A stretch of 64,000 nucleotides of DNA from Nitrospira sp. (GTDB lineage Bacteria; Nitrospirota; Nitrospiria; Nitrospirales; Nitrospiraceae), in contig AP038806.1 in NCBI GenBank assembly GCA_047150005.1, positions 2,848,001 to 2,912,000 of the forward strand, given 5' to 3'. Below the pieces are notes generated by a model. The model did not search any database. It had not been told where the DNA came from and was given only the letters and a program-made list of their open reading frames with translations. The translations under genes and the position numbers were made by a program. Positions 11,513 through 22,214 of the stretch are shown here, piece after piece (positions within the stretch are counted from its first letter, which is position 1; the number at the start of each line of letters is the position of its first letter).

Positions 11513-11908
11513 ATGGCACGTATTGCCGGAGTGGATTTGCCAAGAGAGAAACGGTCGGATATCGGCCTGACCTATGTATTCGGCATCGGCCGGGCCGCTG
11601 CGCGAAATATCCTCGATAAGGCCGGAATCGACGGAGCGATCCGTGTGAAAGATCTCAGTGAAGACCAAATCGTGAAGATCCGTGAGATCATCGATCAGGA
11701 GTATCAGGTCGAGGGCGATCTTCGGAAGACCTTCTCGATGAACATCAAGCGCTTGATCGACACCGGCGCCTACCGCGGATTGCGTCATCGCAAGGGATTG
11801 CCCGTTCGCGGTCAGCGGTCGAAGACCAATGCGAGGACCCGCAAGGGGCGTCGCGCGGGAGTCGGAAGCAAGCCGAGACCGGCAGCTCGTCCGGCCTCCA
11901 CCACCTAA
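11513..11908 (+). CDS. rpsM: 30S ribosomal protein S13
   Basis: [26 protein letters not shown]. Confidence 0.98.
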   Translation: MARIAGVDLPREKRSDIGLTYVFGIGRAAARNILDKAGIDGAIRVKDLSEDQIVKIREIIDQEYQVEGDLRKTFSMNIKRLIDTGAYRGLRHRKGLPVRGQRSKTNARTRKGRRAGVGSKPRPAARPASTT

Positions 11909-11932
11909 CCCATTCGCGGCAAAGGGACTCTC

Positions 11933-12316
11933 ATGAGCGTAAAAAAAGGGAAAAAAAAGGAGCGACGGATCGTCCAGAGCGGGATCGCCCATGTGCAGGC
12001 CTCGTTCAATAACACCATCGTGACGATTACGGACATGAGCGGCAATACCGTCGTCTGGGCGAGCGCCGGCAATCAAGGATTCAAAGGCTCCCGTAAGAGC
12101 ACGCCGTTTGCCGCACAGCGGGCCGGTGAAGCCGCGGCTCGAAAAGCGATGGAAAGCGGGATGCGCCAAGTCGATGTCTATGTGAACGGTCCCGGGTCAG
12201 GCCGCGAATCGGCGATCCGTTCGCTCCAAGGAGCTGGGCTTCGGATCAATCTCATTCGGGATGTGACGCCTATTCCGCACAACGGATGTCGGCCGCCGAA
12301 GCGACGGCGTGTGTAA
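11933..12316 (+). CDS. rpsK: 30S ribosomal protein S11
   Basis: [33 protein letters not shown]. Confidence 0.98.
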   Translation: MSVKKGKKKERRIVQSGIAHVQASFNNTIVTITDMSGNTVVWASAGNQGFKGSRKSTPFAAQRAGEAAARKAMESGMRQVDVYVNGPGSGRESAIRSLQGAGLRINLIRDVTPIPHNGCRPPKRRRV

Positions 12317-12398
12317 CTGGACTTACTCGGTTGTGGAATACGACAAAGAATCTGAGGACACCGACAGGTAACGGTGTCCGGTAACCGGAGGTAGAGAA

Positions 12399-13025
12399 GT
12401 GGCAAAGTATCGAGGTCCTGTCTGTCGGTTGTGCCGGCGTGAGGGGGAGAAGCTGTTTCTGAAAGGCTCCCGCTGCATGACGGAGAAGTGTGCCATCGAG
12501 CGGCGCAGCTATCCGCCTGGCCAACACGGGCAGGGGCGGCAGCGAACGTCGGATTACAGCCTCCAGCTCCGAGAGAAGCAGAAGTTGCGGCGGATCTATG
12601 GGTTGCAGGAACGGCAGTTCCGCGGCGTCTTTGAACGGGCGGAGCGCCAGACGGGGGTCACGGGCGAAGCGCTGCTGCGCCTGCTCGAATCGCGGCTTGA
12701 CAACGTGACCTACCGACTCGGGTTTGGCGCGTCGCGGCGCGAAGCCCGCCAGCTGGTAAGCCACGGTCATGTGACGGTCAATGGCCGGAAAGTCAATGTT
12801 CCCGGCGCGTTGGTACGGGCAGGAGATGTGGTGGCCGTGCGTGAACGAAGTCGGAATTTGGTGACCATTCAAACGGCTCTGGAGTCGGTCGAAGGGCGGG
12901 GTGTGCCGGAGTGGTTGGAGTTGGACAAGGCGGGATTCAAAGGCACTGTCCGCGCGCTTCCGACGAAAGACCAGATTACGCTGCCGGTCAATGAGCAGAT
13001 GGTTGTCGAACTCTATTCAAGGTAA
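12399..13025 (+). CDS. rpsD: 30S ribosomal protein S4
   Basis: [29 protein letters not shown]. Confidence 0.98.
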   Translation: MAKYRGPVCRLCRREGEKLFLKGSRCMTEKCAIERRSYPPGQHGQGRQRTSDYSLQLREKQKLRRIYGLQERQFRGVFERAERQTGVTGEALLRLLESRLDNVTYRLGFGASRREARQLVSHGHVTVNGRKVNVPGALVRAGDVVAVRERSRNLVTIQTALESVEGRGVPEWLELDKAGFKGTVRALPTKDQITLPVNEQMVVELYSR

Positions 13026-13105
13026 CGGTGACTTCATACAGCGCCGCTCCTCTGCAGAATGCCTCGCCGGGGTTGTGTAGGTGCTGACACGATGAAGGGG
13101 GACTC

Positions 13106-14107
13106 ATGATCAAAGCGATGAAGGACTTCCAGATCCCGCTGCGGGTCGAGGTCGATAAAGAAACCCTCTCTCCGACGTTCGGCCGGTTTTCGACCGAGGC
13201 CTTTGAACGGGGATTTGGGACGACGGTGGGCAATGCGTTGCGTCGGGTACTGCTCTCCTCGTTGACGGGTGCCGCGGTGACGACGGTGAAGATCGAAGGG
13301 GTGTTGCACGAGTTTTCGACGATTCCCGGAGTGACCGAAGATGTCACGTCGATCATCTTGAACGTGAAGGGACTTCGGTTGGCGCTCCATACCGACAAGC
13401 CCAAGACCATCCGTCTCAAGAAGAAAGGGCCGGGCGAAGCGAAAGGTTCGGATATCGTTCATGACGCCGACATGACGATTCTGACCCCGAATCTCCATAT
13501 CGCCACATTGGATAAGGATGCGACGTTGGATATGGAGATGACCGTGAAACACGGCCGCGGCTATGTGCCGGCTGAGCGGAACAAGGAAGAAGGCCTGCCC
13601 ATTGGAGTGATTGCGATTGATTCGATCTTTTCGCCCATCAAGCGGGTCAACTTTCAGGTTGAAAACGCCCGTGTGGGCCGCATAACCGATTATGACAAGC
13701 TGACCTTGGAGATTTGGACCGACGGAACGATCTCGCCACGGGATGCACTGTCGACCGCCGCCGGCATTTTGCGGGATCATGTGGATATTTTCATCAATCC
13801 GGAAGCACGAGTGGAAGGTCGCGGGGAGCTGGCCGGTGAAGACGCTCAACGCGAGATCAACAAGAACCTGTTCCGCAGCGTCAACGAACTGGAACTGTCC
13901 GTCCGGGCAGCCAACTGCCTGAAGAATGCCAACATCAAGACGATTGCCGACTTGGTGCAGAAGACTGAAGCGGAGATGCTGAAGACAAAGAATTTCGGCA
14001 AGAAGTCTCTCAATGAAATCAAAGAAATCTTGACCGAAATGGGATTGGGCCTGGGGGTGAAGTTGGACGCGTTGCCTTCAAACGGCAATCCCAAGCCGAT
14101 TGAATAA
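13106..14107 (+). CDS. rpoA: RNA polymerase alpha subunit
   Basis: ERGFGTTVGNALRRVLLSSL, LELSVRAANCL, NFGKKSL. Confidence 0.98.
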   Translation: MIKAMKDFQIPLRVEVDKETLSPTFGRFSTEAFERGFGTTVGNALRRVLLSSLTGAAVTTVKIEGVLHEFSTIPGVTEDVTSIILNVKGLRLALHTDKPKTIRLKKKGPGEAKGSDIVHDADMTILTPNLHIATLDKDATLDMEMTVKHGRGYVPAERNKEEGLPIGVIAIDSIFSPIKRVNFQVENARVGRITDYDKLTLEIWTDGTISPRDALSTAAGILRDHVDIFINPEARVEGRGELAGEDAQREINKNLFRSVNELELSVRAANCLKNANIKTIADLVQKTEAEMLKTKNFGKKSLNEIKEILTEMGLGLGVKLDALPSNGNPKPIE

Positions 14108-14123
14108 CGAACAAGAGGGAACC

Positions 14124-14534
14124 GTGCGTCACAGAAAAAAAGGCAGACAACTCGGCCGACAGACCAAGCATCGCTGGGCGTTGTTCAGAAGTCTTGTGAC
14201 TTCGCTGCTCGAACACGAACGGATTGAGACAACAGAAGCCAAGGCCAAGGAAATCAGAGGCTTTACTGATCGCATGATCACGCTTGGCAAGGACGGTTCA
14301 TTGCCGGCTCGTCGGCGGGCGCTCAGCTTTCTTCGAAGCAAGCTGGTCGTGACTAAGCTCTTCGGTGACGTGGCGGCGCGATTCAAGGATCGGCCGGGCG
14401 GTTATACCAGGATCGTAAAGACCAGACGGCGAATCGGTGATGCTGCCGAATTGGTTTCGATCGAACTGGTCTCCCGCCCAGATGTGACGGCCACGAAACA
14501 GTCATCTCCAGCCGCCGAAGCCGCGAAATCCTAG
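14124..14534 (+). CDS. rplQ: 50S ribosomal protein L17
   Basis: RHRKKGRQLGR, IETTEAKAK, RPGGYTRI; GTG start 14124. Confidence 0.97.
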   Translation: MRHRKKGRQLGRQTKHRWALFRSLVTSLLEHERIETTEAKAKEIRGFTDRMITLGKDGSLPARRRALSFLRSKLVVTKLFGDVAARFKDRPGGYTRIVKTRRRIGDAAELVSIELVSRPDVTATKQSSPAAEAAKS

Positions 14535-14542
14535 TTCATTGA

Positions 14543-14578
14543 CGGGCCGATGGGACTCCGCTGAGTCCTGCCGGCCCG
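14543..14578 (+). terminator. GC-rich hairpin after rplQ (possible operon end; weak U tail)
   Basis: CGGGCCG-A-TGGGACTC cgct GAGTCCTG-C-CGGCCCG. Confidence 0.5.
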
Positions 14579-14716
14579 CTCCCTTCAAAAACATTCCTGA
14601 GTTCCGTGTTTTCCCGACGAAATATGTTATCCGCCAAGGTGTGAAGTTTACTTGCTCGGGCGCGCATGCTACTATCGTGCCAGTAGCTACGGCTGGCTTG
14701 GAGCAAGATATATAAA

Positions 14717-15286
14717 GTGTGGAGAACGCTGGCACAGCGAGGCCTTCTTGGGTTGAGCGTTGTGCTTGCCGGCTATCTTGTGTACCTGCTCATGACGAAT
14801 TCGACGTCCGCACCCCCTCCGACGAGACAGACCGGTGCGATGGATCAGGCGGACGCGACCATCTCCCGCTTTACCTTCACCCAAACCAAAGGGGACAAGG
14901 TGCAGTGGCAGGTCGACGCCAAGCAGGCCAAACTCTTCGAACAGAAAAAACAGGCCAACCTCGATACGGTCGCCGTCACACTCTTCGGGCAGGCAGGCAA
15001 GGAGCTGACTGTGGAGGGAGATGAAGGCACGCTCAATACGGACACGAAGAATTTTGTTTTGGCCAACCGGGTTGAGCCGCTCGTCATCCGGACACAGAGC
15101 GGCTATACCATCTATACGAATCATTTGACCTGGACCGATGAAACGAGAGAAATTCGAACAAGCGACCCTGTCCGTATCGTCGGACACGGATTGGAAGTGA
15201 CCGGCGTCGGACTGTTGGGTCATATGGACCGGGAAGAATTCGAAGTCCTCGAGGACGTGCATGTTGAAGTGTCTCCTGTCTCTTAG
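14717..15286 (+). CDS. lptC: LPS export ABC transporter periplasmic protein LptC
   Basis: N-terminal TM followed by beta-jellyroll-like sequence; directly upstream of lptA/lptB. Confidence 0.8.
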   Translation: MWRTLAQRGLLGLSVVLAGYLVYLLMTNSTSAPPPTRQTGAMDQADATISRFTFTQTKGDKVQWQVDAKQAKLFEQKKQANLDTVAVTLFGQAGKELTVEGDEGTLNTDTKNFVLANRVEPLVIRTQSGYTIYTNHLTWTDETREIRTSDPVRIVGHGLEVTGVGLLGHMDREEFEVLEDVHVEVSPVS

Positions 15287-15818
15287 CGCGGTGCTCGCTG
15301 TTGTGTCTTTCACCGCCCATCCGTCGCCGGCTGCCCCGGTGACTGCCGGTGCCGATCAGTCCGTCAGTACGACCATCACTTCAAAGAAGATGACCGTGAA
15401 GAATCATGACAGCCAGGCTATTTTCGAGGGTGCGGTCGTGTTGACGCGCGGAACCTTGGTGGTCTATTCCGATCGGATGATCGTCTCGTTCGGCTCCGCG
15501 CAATCCAACGGAGTCGAGGATCGAAAGGGGAGGGATACGACGGAGCGAAAGGGGCCGGATACCGTTTCGAACCGGGCGGTGAACAAGATCGAAGCGATCG
15601 GCCGGGTGAAAATCGAGCGCGACAGCGGAAACGCGACGTGCGAAAAGGCGGTGTATTATCGAGAGGAGGATAAGATCGTCCTGACCGGATCGCCTGTGGC
15701 CTGGGAGAAGGGGACCAGAGTGAGCGGCAAACAAATTACCATGTTTCTGGCGGAGGATCGAAGTGTCGTCGAAGGGGGATCTCACGTGCGAATTGAGTCG
15801 GAGGGAGGAGCCAAGTGA
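15261..15818 (+). CDS. lptA: LptA/OstA family LPS transport protein
   Basis: Signal peptide; [27 protein letters not shown]. Confidence 0.85.
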   Translation: MLKCLLSLSAVLAVVSFTAHPSPAAPVTAGADQSVSTTITSKKMTVKNHDSQAIFEGAVVLTRGTLVVYSDRMIVSFGSAQSNGVEDRKGRDTTERKGPDTVSNRAVNKIEAIGRVKIERDSGNATCEKAVYYREEDKIVLTGSPVAWEKGTRVSGKQITMFLAEDRSVVEGGSHVRIESEGGAK

Positions 15819-16597
15819 TCGAAGCGGCGCAAGCCTCTGCAATAACCTCCACCCCTGCGGGGTCCGGCCCTCGGAAAACCGCTCTTCGGGCGACCGGATT
15901 GGTCAAAAGCTTTCGCTCACGGAAAGTCGTCAAGGGCGTGTCCGTGGAAGTGCATGCCGGAGAAGTCGTCGGTTTGCTCGGGCCGAACGGGGCGGGAAAG
16001 ACGACGATTTTCGACATGATGGTCGGTCTCACCCAACCCGATGAAGGTACGATCACGCTGGACGACCAACCGTTGACGACCTTGCCCATGTATAAACGCG
16101 CACGTAAAGGAATCGGCTATCTTCCTCAGGAATCGTCGATTTTTCGGCGCTTGTCCGTCGAGGACAATATTCTGGCAATTCTCGAAATGCTGGATTACTC
16201 TCGGTCAGAGCGAGCCGAGCGCGTGGAGTTCTTGCTAAAAGAGTTGGATCTCGGACATATTCGGACAAGCATGGCATACGCGTTGTCCGGCGGTGAACGT
16301 CGAAGACTGGAGATTACCAGGGCATTGGCGACCAATCCCTCGTTCATGCTGTTGGACGAGCCGTTTGCAGGGATCGATCCCATTGCCGTGGCGGACATTC
16401 AGCAGATCATCACCCGACTAAAGGAAAAAGGTATCGGGATTCTTATCACCGATCACAATGTTCAAGAGACGCTTTCCATTACGGATCGTGCCTACATCAT
16501 CAATGAAGGCTTGATTCTGGAAGCGGGTTCGCCCGAGGCCATCGTGAAAAGCGAAACGGCTCGGGCTGTCTATCTCGGCGATCGGTTCAGGTTATAA
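15815..16597 (+). CDS. lptB: LPS export ABC transporter ATPase LptB
   Basis: [44 protein letters not shown]. Confidence 0.96.
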   Translation: MIEAAQASAITSTPAGSGPRKTALRATGLVKSFRSRKVVKGVSVEVHAGEVVGLLGPNGAGKTTIFDMMVGLTQPDEGTITLDDQPLTTLPMYKRARKGIGYLPQESSIFRRLSVEDNILAILEMLDYSRSERAERVEFLLKELDLGHIRTSMAYALSGGERRRLEITRALATNPSFMLLDEPFAGIDPIAVADIQQIITRLKEKGIGILITDHNVQETLSITDRAYIINEGLILEAGSPEAIVKSETARAVYLGDRFRL

Positions 16598-16609
16598 GGA
16601 ACGAATACG

Positions 16610-18130
16610 GTGTCGATGAAACTGCGACTTGACCTGAAGCTCAGCCAAAAGCTCATCATGACGCCGCAATTGCAGCAGGCAATCAAGCTGCTGCAATTGT
16701 CACGGCTGGAGCTGCAACAGAGTCTCGCTCAGCATTTGATGGACAATCCGCTGCTGGACGAGTTGCCGGCTGAGGCCGAGGAGAGTGAAGGAAGCTCTGC
16801 CAATGAACAGGTGGAGGATTCCCCCGCCGCGTCGAGCAGCTCCGACACGAGCGAGTCCGAGGAATCGACCCCCGAAGAGCGTGACACGCCTGATGAGGTG
16901 TCCGCGGCAGGCTGGGAGGAATACTTCCAGACAGACCGGCGGACAGGAAGCGGCGAGCGGCAGTCCTCATCGTCCGATGACTTTCCTTCCTATGAACAAA
17001 ACATGCGGAAGGCAACCTCCCTGGAGGACCATTTGCTTTGGCAGTTGTCCTTGTCCGGCTTGTCCGAACGGCAGAAGGCCATCGGACGATTGCTGATCGG
17101 CAATCTGGATGATGATGGCTATCTGCGCATGCCGCTGTCGGAAGTTGCCGGCGGAACCGAGTTTACCGAAGCGGAGGTGGAATCGGTTCTGAAGGACATC
17201 CAGACGTTTGATCCGACAGGGGTGGGCGCTCGTGACCTTTCCGAATGTCTTCTCTTACAATTGGGGCATCTTGGACGGAGTCCCATTGGATCGTTGGGAG
17301 CCCGTCCCGGGGCACTAAAGGGATCGATCGTCGAGGCCATCATCCTCCACCATCTCAAGGATCTCGAGAAGAAACAGTATGCGCGGGTGGCCAAGGCTCT
17401 GGATGTGACGGTGGAAGAGGTGTTACAGGCCACCAAAGTGATTGAAGGGCTTGAGCCGAAACCCGGCCGTCCCTTCGACAATACCCAGAATTATGTCATC
17501 GTTCCGGATGTGTTCGTGGTGAAGAACGAAGGGGAATGGGTTGTGTTGCTGAATGACGACGGACTGCCGCGAATGCGGATTAGCCCCTATTACAAACAGC
17601 TCATGGCTTCGGGACAAAGCGGCTCGTCGGAAACCAAAGCTTATCTGGACGAACGCCTCCGTGCCGCACAATGGGTGATTCGCAGTATCGAGCAGCGTAA
17701 CAAGACCATCGTGAAGGTGGTTTCCAGCATCGTCAAGTTCCAGGAGCAGTTCTTTGAGCATGGGGTGCAGTACCTGAAGCCGCTGGTGCTCAAGCAGGTT
17801 GCCGAGGACATCGGGATGCACGAATCGACCATCAGTAGGGTAACGGCGAATAAGTACATGTATTGTCCGCAAGGCATGCTGGAGCTTAAGTTTTTTTTCA
17901 ATGCAGGGCTGCAGCGTGCGGATCAACCAAGCGACATGTTGTCGTCTGTGACCGTGCGGGAAATGATCCGCAAAATGGTCGCAGCCGAGGATGCTCGTCA
18001 TCCGTTGAAAGATGAGGAGATCGCCGCGCGCCTCCGCGAACAGCAGGTGCTGATCGCGCGACGAACGGTTGCGAAGTACCGGGCCGAGGAGAACATTCCT
18101 CCCGCGACACAACGCAAGCAGTTTTTCTAG
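16610..18130 (+). CDS. rpoN: RNA polymerase sigma-54 factor
   Basis: MTPQLQQAIKLLQL, HESTISR, RpoN box ARRTVAKYR. Confidence 0.98.
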   Translation: MSMKLRLDLKLSQKLIMTPQLQQAIKLLQLSRLELQQSLAQHLMDNPLLDELPAEAEESEGSSANEQVEDSPAASSSSDTSESEESTPEERDTPDEVSAAGWEEYFQTDRRTGSGERQSSSSDDFPSYEQNMRKATSLEDHLLWQLSLSGLSERQKAIGRLLIGNLDDDGYLRMPLSEVAGGTEFTEAEVESVLKDIQTFDPTGVGARDLSECLLLQLGHLGRSPIGSLGARPGALKGSIVEAIILHHLKDLEKKQYARVAKALDVTVEEVLQATKVIEGLEPKPGRPFDNTQNYVIVPDVFVVKNEGEWVVLLNDDGLPRMRISPYYKQLMASGQSGSSETKAYLDERLRAAQWVIRSIEQRNKTIVKVVSSIVKFQEQFFEHGVQYLKPLVLKQVAEDIGMHESTISRVTANKYMYCPQGMLELKFFFNAGLQRADQPSDMLSSVTVREMIRKMVAAEDARHPLKDEEIAARLREQQVLIARRTVAKYRAEENIPPATQRKQFF

Positions 18131-18135
18131 GCGGT

Positions 18136-18172
18136 GGGACATCGGACATCCTGTGCGGATGTCCGATGTCCC
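18136..18172. repeat. perfect 16-bp hairpin built from two GGACATC heptamers per arm
   Basis: GGGACATCGGACATCC tgtgc GGATGTCCGATGTCCC. Confidence 0.85.
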
Positions 18173-18286
18173 CATTCCGGCAGGCCGACGAACATCATGC
18201 CGCCTTTCGTTATGTGGCGCCTCGTGACCACCCACCCGGCACTCGCCATAATCGGTTAAGATGAATCACTCACTAGGAGCAGATGC

Positions 18287-18793
18287 ATGAAGATTACAGG
18301 CAGGCATTTGGCCATCACTCCCGCGCTCAGACGTCACATTCGCGACAAGTTCGAACGATTGGATCGGTACGGAGTACTGCTCGATCGAGTGGAGATCACG
18401 CTCGGCGTGAACAAGCTGCAGCATACGGCGGAGGCGCTCTGTTCGGTAGATAGAAAGCGATTTCAAGCCAAAACGTCGACCAGAGAAATGTACATGACAA
18501 TCGACCAATTGGCTGATCGGCTTGAAACACAGATTCGCAAGTACAAAGAACGGCGGACCGAGCACAAAGGGAGAACGTTTTCTGCGAAACGGTCACCATT
18601 CGTGACGCCAGATTCCGATGAACATGCGATCGAGGTGGTGCGGCCAAAGGTCTCGGTGCTGTCTCGCGCCGCGGCATCAAGGCGCCTGGACGAGCTGCCG
18701 GGTTCAATCATGGTGTTCACATGTGCTGATTCCGGGAAGCTGCAGATACTGAGAAGAGCTGCGAGCGGCAAGATCGTGCTCATCGATCCATAA
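18287..18793 (+). CDS. hpf: ribosome hibernation promoting factor (long HPF / sigma-54 modulation protein)
   Basis: ITGRHLAITPALR, MYMTID...LETQIRKYK; follows rpoN. Confidence 0.9.
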   Translation: MKITGRHLAITPALRRHIRDKFERLDRYGVLLDRVEITLGVNKLQHTAEALCSVDRKRFQAKTSTREMYMTIDQLADRLETQIRKYKERRTEHKGRTFSAKRSPFVTPDSDEHAIEVVRPKVSVLSRAAASRRLDELPGSIMVFTCADSGKLQILRRAASGKIVLIDP

Positions 18794-18795
18794 GA

Positions 18796-19668
18796 GTGTC
18801 GGTAATGGCTGGATTGAAGCTCGTGGTGATCAGCGGTCTTTCGGGCGCGGGAAAATCTCATGCACTGAAGTCGTTCGAGGACGTCGGGTACTTTTGCATC
18901 GACAATTTGCCTCCCGCTCTTCTTCCGCCGTTCGTCGAGTTATGCCATCAGCAAGGCGGGGAAATCAGAAACGTCGCTCTGGGCATTGATGTTCGCGAGC
19001 GCGTGTTCTTCACCGACCTGGTGGGAGTGCTGGATCGGGTGCGAGCCTTGGGACATTCCGTTGAGCTCCTGTTTCTCGAAGCTCGGGAAGAAGTCTTGGT
19101 CAGAAGGTTTTCCGAATCTCGAAGGCCGCATCCGCTACTTCCCGATCTGCCGGTGCTTGAGGGGGTCAGATTCGAAAAAGAGCGTCTCGCCGAGTTGCGG
19201 AGTCATGCGGATCGTATCATCGACACGTCCGATTTGACGGTCCACGAGTTGCGAGATCTGCTCGCGAGACAGTTTAGCCAGGACCGAGCTCCACGCCGTT
19301 TAACCATCTCCATCATCTCCTTCGGCTATAAGTTCGGCGTTCCCTATGATATCGATCTGTTGTTCGATGTCAGATTCTTGCGCAATCCGTTTTTTATTCC
19401 CGAACTTAAGCCATTGACCGGAGAGGATCCGAGGGTCAGGGCATTCGTTCTAGCGGATCCCGACGCGGTTGCCTTTATCAGCCATTTGGACCAACTGTTC
19501 AAATTTCTCATCCCACTTTTCGAGCGCGAACGTCGCAGTTACCTCAACGTTGCGATCGGTTGCACCGGTGGCAGGCATCGCTCCGTGTCCGTGGCCAAGC
19601 GGCTGCAGGAGAGCTTTGCAGGGTCAGGCTATCCGACCACCGTTGTCCATCGAGATTTGGGTAAGTAG
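18796..19668 (+). CDS. rapZ: RNase adapter RapZ / YvcJ family P-loop protein
   Basis: SGLSGAGKS, CIDNLP, SFGYKFG, FDVRFLRNP, IGCTGGRHRS. Confidence 0.95.
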   Translation: MSVMAGLKLVVISGLSGAGKSHALKSFEDVGYFCIDNLPPALLPPFVELCHQQGGEIRNVALGIDVRERVFFTDLVGVLDRVRALGHSVELLFLEAREEVLVRRFSESRRPHPLLPDLPVLEGVRFEKERLAELRSHADRIIDTSDLTVHELRDLLARQFSQDRAPRRLTISIISFGYKFGVPYDIDLLFDVRFLRNPFFIPELKPLTGEDPRVRAFVLADPDAVAFISHLDQLFKFLIPLFERERRSYLNVAIGCTGGRHRSVSVAKRLQESFAGSGYPTTVVHRDLGK

Positions 19669-19746
19669 CAACCCCCGCGTTAGTCCCCTCCCCGATTAAT
19701 TGCGTCCATTTCCTCGAAAAACCGGGTTATCATTTCTGTCGAGTTC

Positions 19747-19774
19747 TTGACAGGCAAGAGGCATGAACTATACT
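19747..19774 (+). promoter_or_regulatory. sigma70-type promoter of the pil operon
   Basis: TTGACA-N16-TATACT about 135 nt upstream of pilM. Confidence 0.6.
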
Positions 19775-19909
19775 TGGCCTGTGCATCGTAATAATTTCCG
19801 CTGTGGCGGCGCGGTTTTGGTGCTGAGCGGTCGCCGATGATCCAGCGGTGCAAGAAATCGAGAAATGATTTTGTCGGCCGTGTGAAGTGAGATACAGTCT
19901 GAGGCGCGT

Positions 19910-21016
19910 ATGCTGAAGTCCCTTAAAAGTCTGGTAGAAACCGATATCTTTTCGATGCTCACGCCGAAGCGTCAGCTCGTGGGCTTGGATATCGGGTCAA
20001 GCGGCATCAAGCTTGTCCAGCTCAAAGAGCACCGCGGGCGTTATCTGTTGCAAAAATTCGGCATCAAGCCGCTTGAGCCTGAGGTCATCGTCGACGGGAC
20101 GGTTATGGACGAGGGACGCGTCGTCTCGGCGATCAAAGAACTGTTTGAGGAGTTGAAGGTTAAGGTCAAGCAGGTGGCCGTTTCCATTTCCGGCCATGCC
20201 GTTATCGTGAAAAAAATCAGTCTTCCCCCGATGCCGGACGACGAGCTCGAGGGCCAGGTCAGACTTGCGGCGGAGCAATATATTCCGTTCGATATCAACG
20301 AGGTGAACATCGATTTTCACGTGCTTCCCGCCTCGGAAGGCGAAGCGGATGAAGGCGAGATGTCCGTTATTCTCGTGGCGGCAAAGAAGGACAAGATCAA
20401 CGAGCTGACGGAATTGGTCAAGGGAGCGGGCTTGTTTCCCACGGTCATGGACGTCGATGCGTTCGCCATCGAAAACATGCATGCGATCAACTATCCCGTG
20501 TCCCAAGAAGACACGACGGCTCTGGTGAACATCGGAGCCAGCGTGATGAATATCAACATCGTCCGTGGCGGCGTCTCGGTGTTTACTCGCGATATTCCGA
20601 TCGGGGGGAATCGCTATACCGAGGCAATGCAACGGGAACTAGGCCTTTCGTATGAAGATGCGGAGGAAACGAAAAAAGGAGGCCGTTCTGCCGGCTCCAA
20701 TCAATCGGCCGTGACGGGGGTGATCGACAGCGTCAATGCCGAGGTAGCTTCAGAAATCGCACGCACGGTGGACTATTTCAAGTCCACGATGTCTGACGTC
20801 GAAGTCCAACATGTTCTGTTGTGCGGAGGAGGCGCTCAGGTGGCAGGTCTCGAGCAACAGTTGCGAGACCGTATGAACGCAATGGTGGAGATCGCCAATC
20901 CGTTCAGTGAAATCGATACGTCAGGATGCGACATGGATCAAACCACTCTCGCAGAGATGGCTCCGATTGCCGCGGTCGGGGTCGGTTTGGCTTTGAGATC
21001 GGCAGGGGATCGATGA
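19910..21016 (+). CDS. pilM: type IV pilus assembly protein PilM
   Basis: VGLDIGSSGIK, AEQYIPF, DVDAFAI, VGLALR. Confidence 0.95.
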   Translation: MLKSLKSLVETDIFSMLTPKRQLVGLDIGSSGIKLVQLKEHRGRYLLQKFGIKPLEPEVIVDGTVMDEGRVVSAIKELFEELKVKVKQVAVSISGHAVIVKKISLPPMPDDELEGQVRLAAEQYIPFDINEVNIDFHVLPASEGEADEGEMSVILVAAKKDKINELTELVKGAGLFPTVMDVDAFAIENMHAINYPVSQEDTTALVNIGASVMNINIVRGGVSVFTRDIPIGGNRYTEAMQRELGLSYEDAEETKKGGRSAGSNQSAVTGVIDSVNAEVASEIARTVDYFKSTMSDVEVQHVLLCGGGAQVAGLEQQLRDRMNAMVEIANPFSEIDTSGCDMDQTTLAEMAPIAAVGVGLALRSAGDR

Positions 21017-21564
21017 TTCGTATCAACTTATTGCCAGGTCCGAAAGGACGAAAGGCAAAGCCGCAACATGATGTTCGTGCCCAAGCCATGCTTGGGGTTG
21101 GCCTTCTTATGATCACGATTGCAGGTTGCTGGTGGTACTCTGCGGCCTTGGATGAAGAATTGGAAGCCAGACAGACCGAAAAGAGCGACAAAACCAAACA
21201 GGTCGCATCACTGAACGAGCAGGTCAAGCAGGTTGCTGATTTCGAACAGCGCAAGCGGCATCTGGAAGACAAGAACCGTATTATTGACCAGTTGGAAAAA
21301 TCCCGTGTCGGCCCGGTGAAGGTGTTGGACCATGTCAGTCAGAGTCTCGACCCGCTCAAGCTCTGGCTGGTCCGTGTCGGCGTCAACGGACAGAACATCG
21401 ACTTGGAGGGACGGGCTCTGTCCAATGACGATGTGGTGGAGTTCGTCAACAACCTACGGCGCACGGATTATTTTACCAACATTGATCTTCAGGAGAGTCG
21501 TTCCGCTACGGAAAGTCAGCTGAGCGTCTATCAGTTCAAACTTGCGTTTCGGCTGAAGGGATAA
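21013..21564 (+). CDS. pilN: type IV pilus assembly protein PilN
   Basis: MIRINLLP motif, TM, coiled coil. Confidence 0.93.
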   Translation: MIRINLLPGPKGRKAKPQHDVRAQAMLGVGLLMITIAGCWWYSAALDEELEARQTEKSDKTKQVASLNEQVKQVADFEQRKRHLEDKNRIIDQLEKSRVGPVKVLDHVSQSLDPLKLWLVRVGVNGQNIDLEGRALSNDDVVEFVNNLRRTDYFTNIDLQESRSATESQLSVYQFKLAFRLKG

Positions 21565-21568
21565 GCTG

Positions 21569-22192
21569 ATGACCTTGCCCGCGATCAACCTGGAAGTGCT
21601 GCGCACGGTTCCGCTGGCTCAGAAAATCGGATTGCTGGTGTTGACGCTGGCTGGAATCGTGGTGGGATTCTACTACTACATCGTGGAGCCGAAGACGACC
21701 GAGATCGTAGGACTCCAAGCGGAAATCAGCAAGCTCGACGGAGACATCCAAACTCTTTCAATCAAGGTTAAACACCTCGACGAATTGATCGCCGCCAACA
21801 AGCAGTTGGAAATCGAACTGGCCAAGAAGAAAGAGCGGCTCCCGCCCGAAGAGGAAGCGGTCATGCTGCTCAAACAGGTTTCCGATCTCGCAATCAGACT
21901 CGGACTTGACGTCAAGCTTTGGAAGCCGAGTGCGAAATCAGAAGATCCTTCGAAACTGTTTGTGCGGATGCCGGTGAACGTAGAGGTGGCTGGAGGGTAT
22001 CACACGGCGGCTCTTTTCTTTGACCGGATCAACAGTTTGCCCAGAATTGTGACTGTATCGGGGGTGAAGATGGGTAGCCCCAAGAGCGACAAGGGCCGTA
22101 TTGTCACACAGACGGTATTTGATTTGATCGCGTACGCCGCGCCTCAGGAACCCAAGGCGGCTGTGGTCGTGCCGGCAGCCCAGAGTAAGTGA
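21569..22192 (+). CDS. pilO: type IV pilus assembly protein PilO
   Basis: TM, coiled coil, GGYH...FFDRINSLPRIV. Confidence 0.93.
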   Translation: MTLPAINLEVLRTVPLAQKIGLLVLTLAGIVVGFYYYIVEPKTTEIVGLQAEISKLDGDIQTLSIKVKHLDELIAANKQLEIELAKKKERLPPEEEAVMLLKQVSDLAIRLGLDVKLWKPSAKSEDPSKLFVRMPVNVEVAGGYHTAALFFDRINSLPRIVTVSGVKMGSPKSDKGRIVTQTVFDLIAYAAPQEPKAAVVVPAAQSK

Positions 22193-22214
22193 TGGCGGTT
22201 ATAACCACGGGAAG

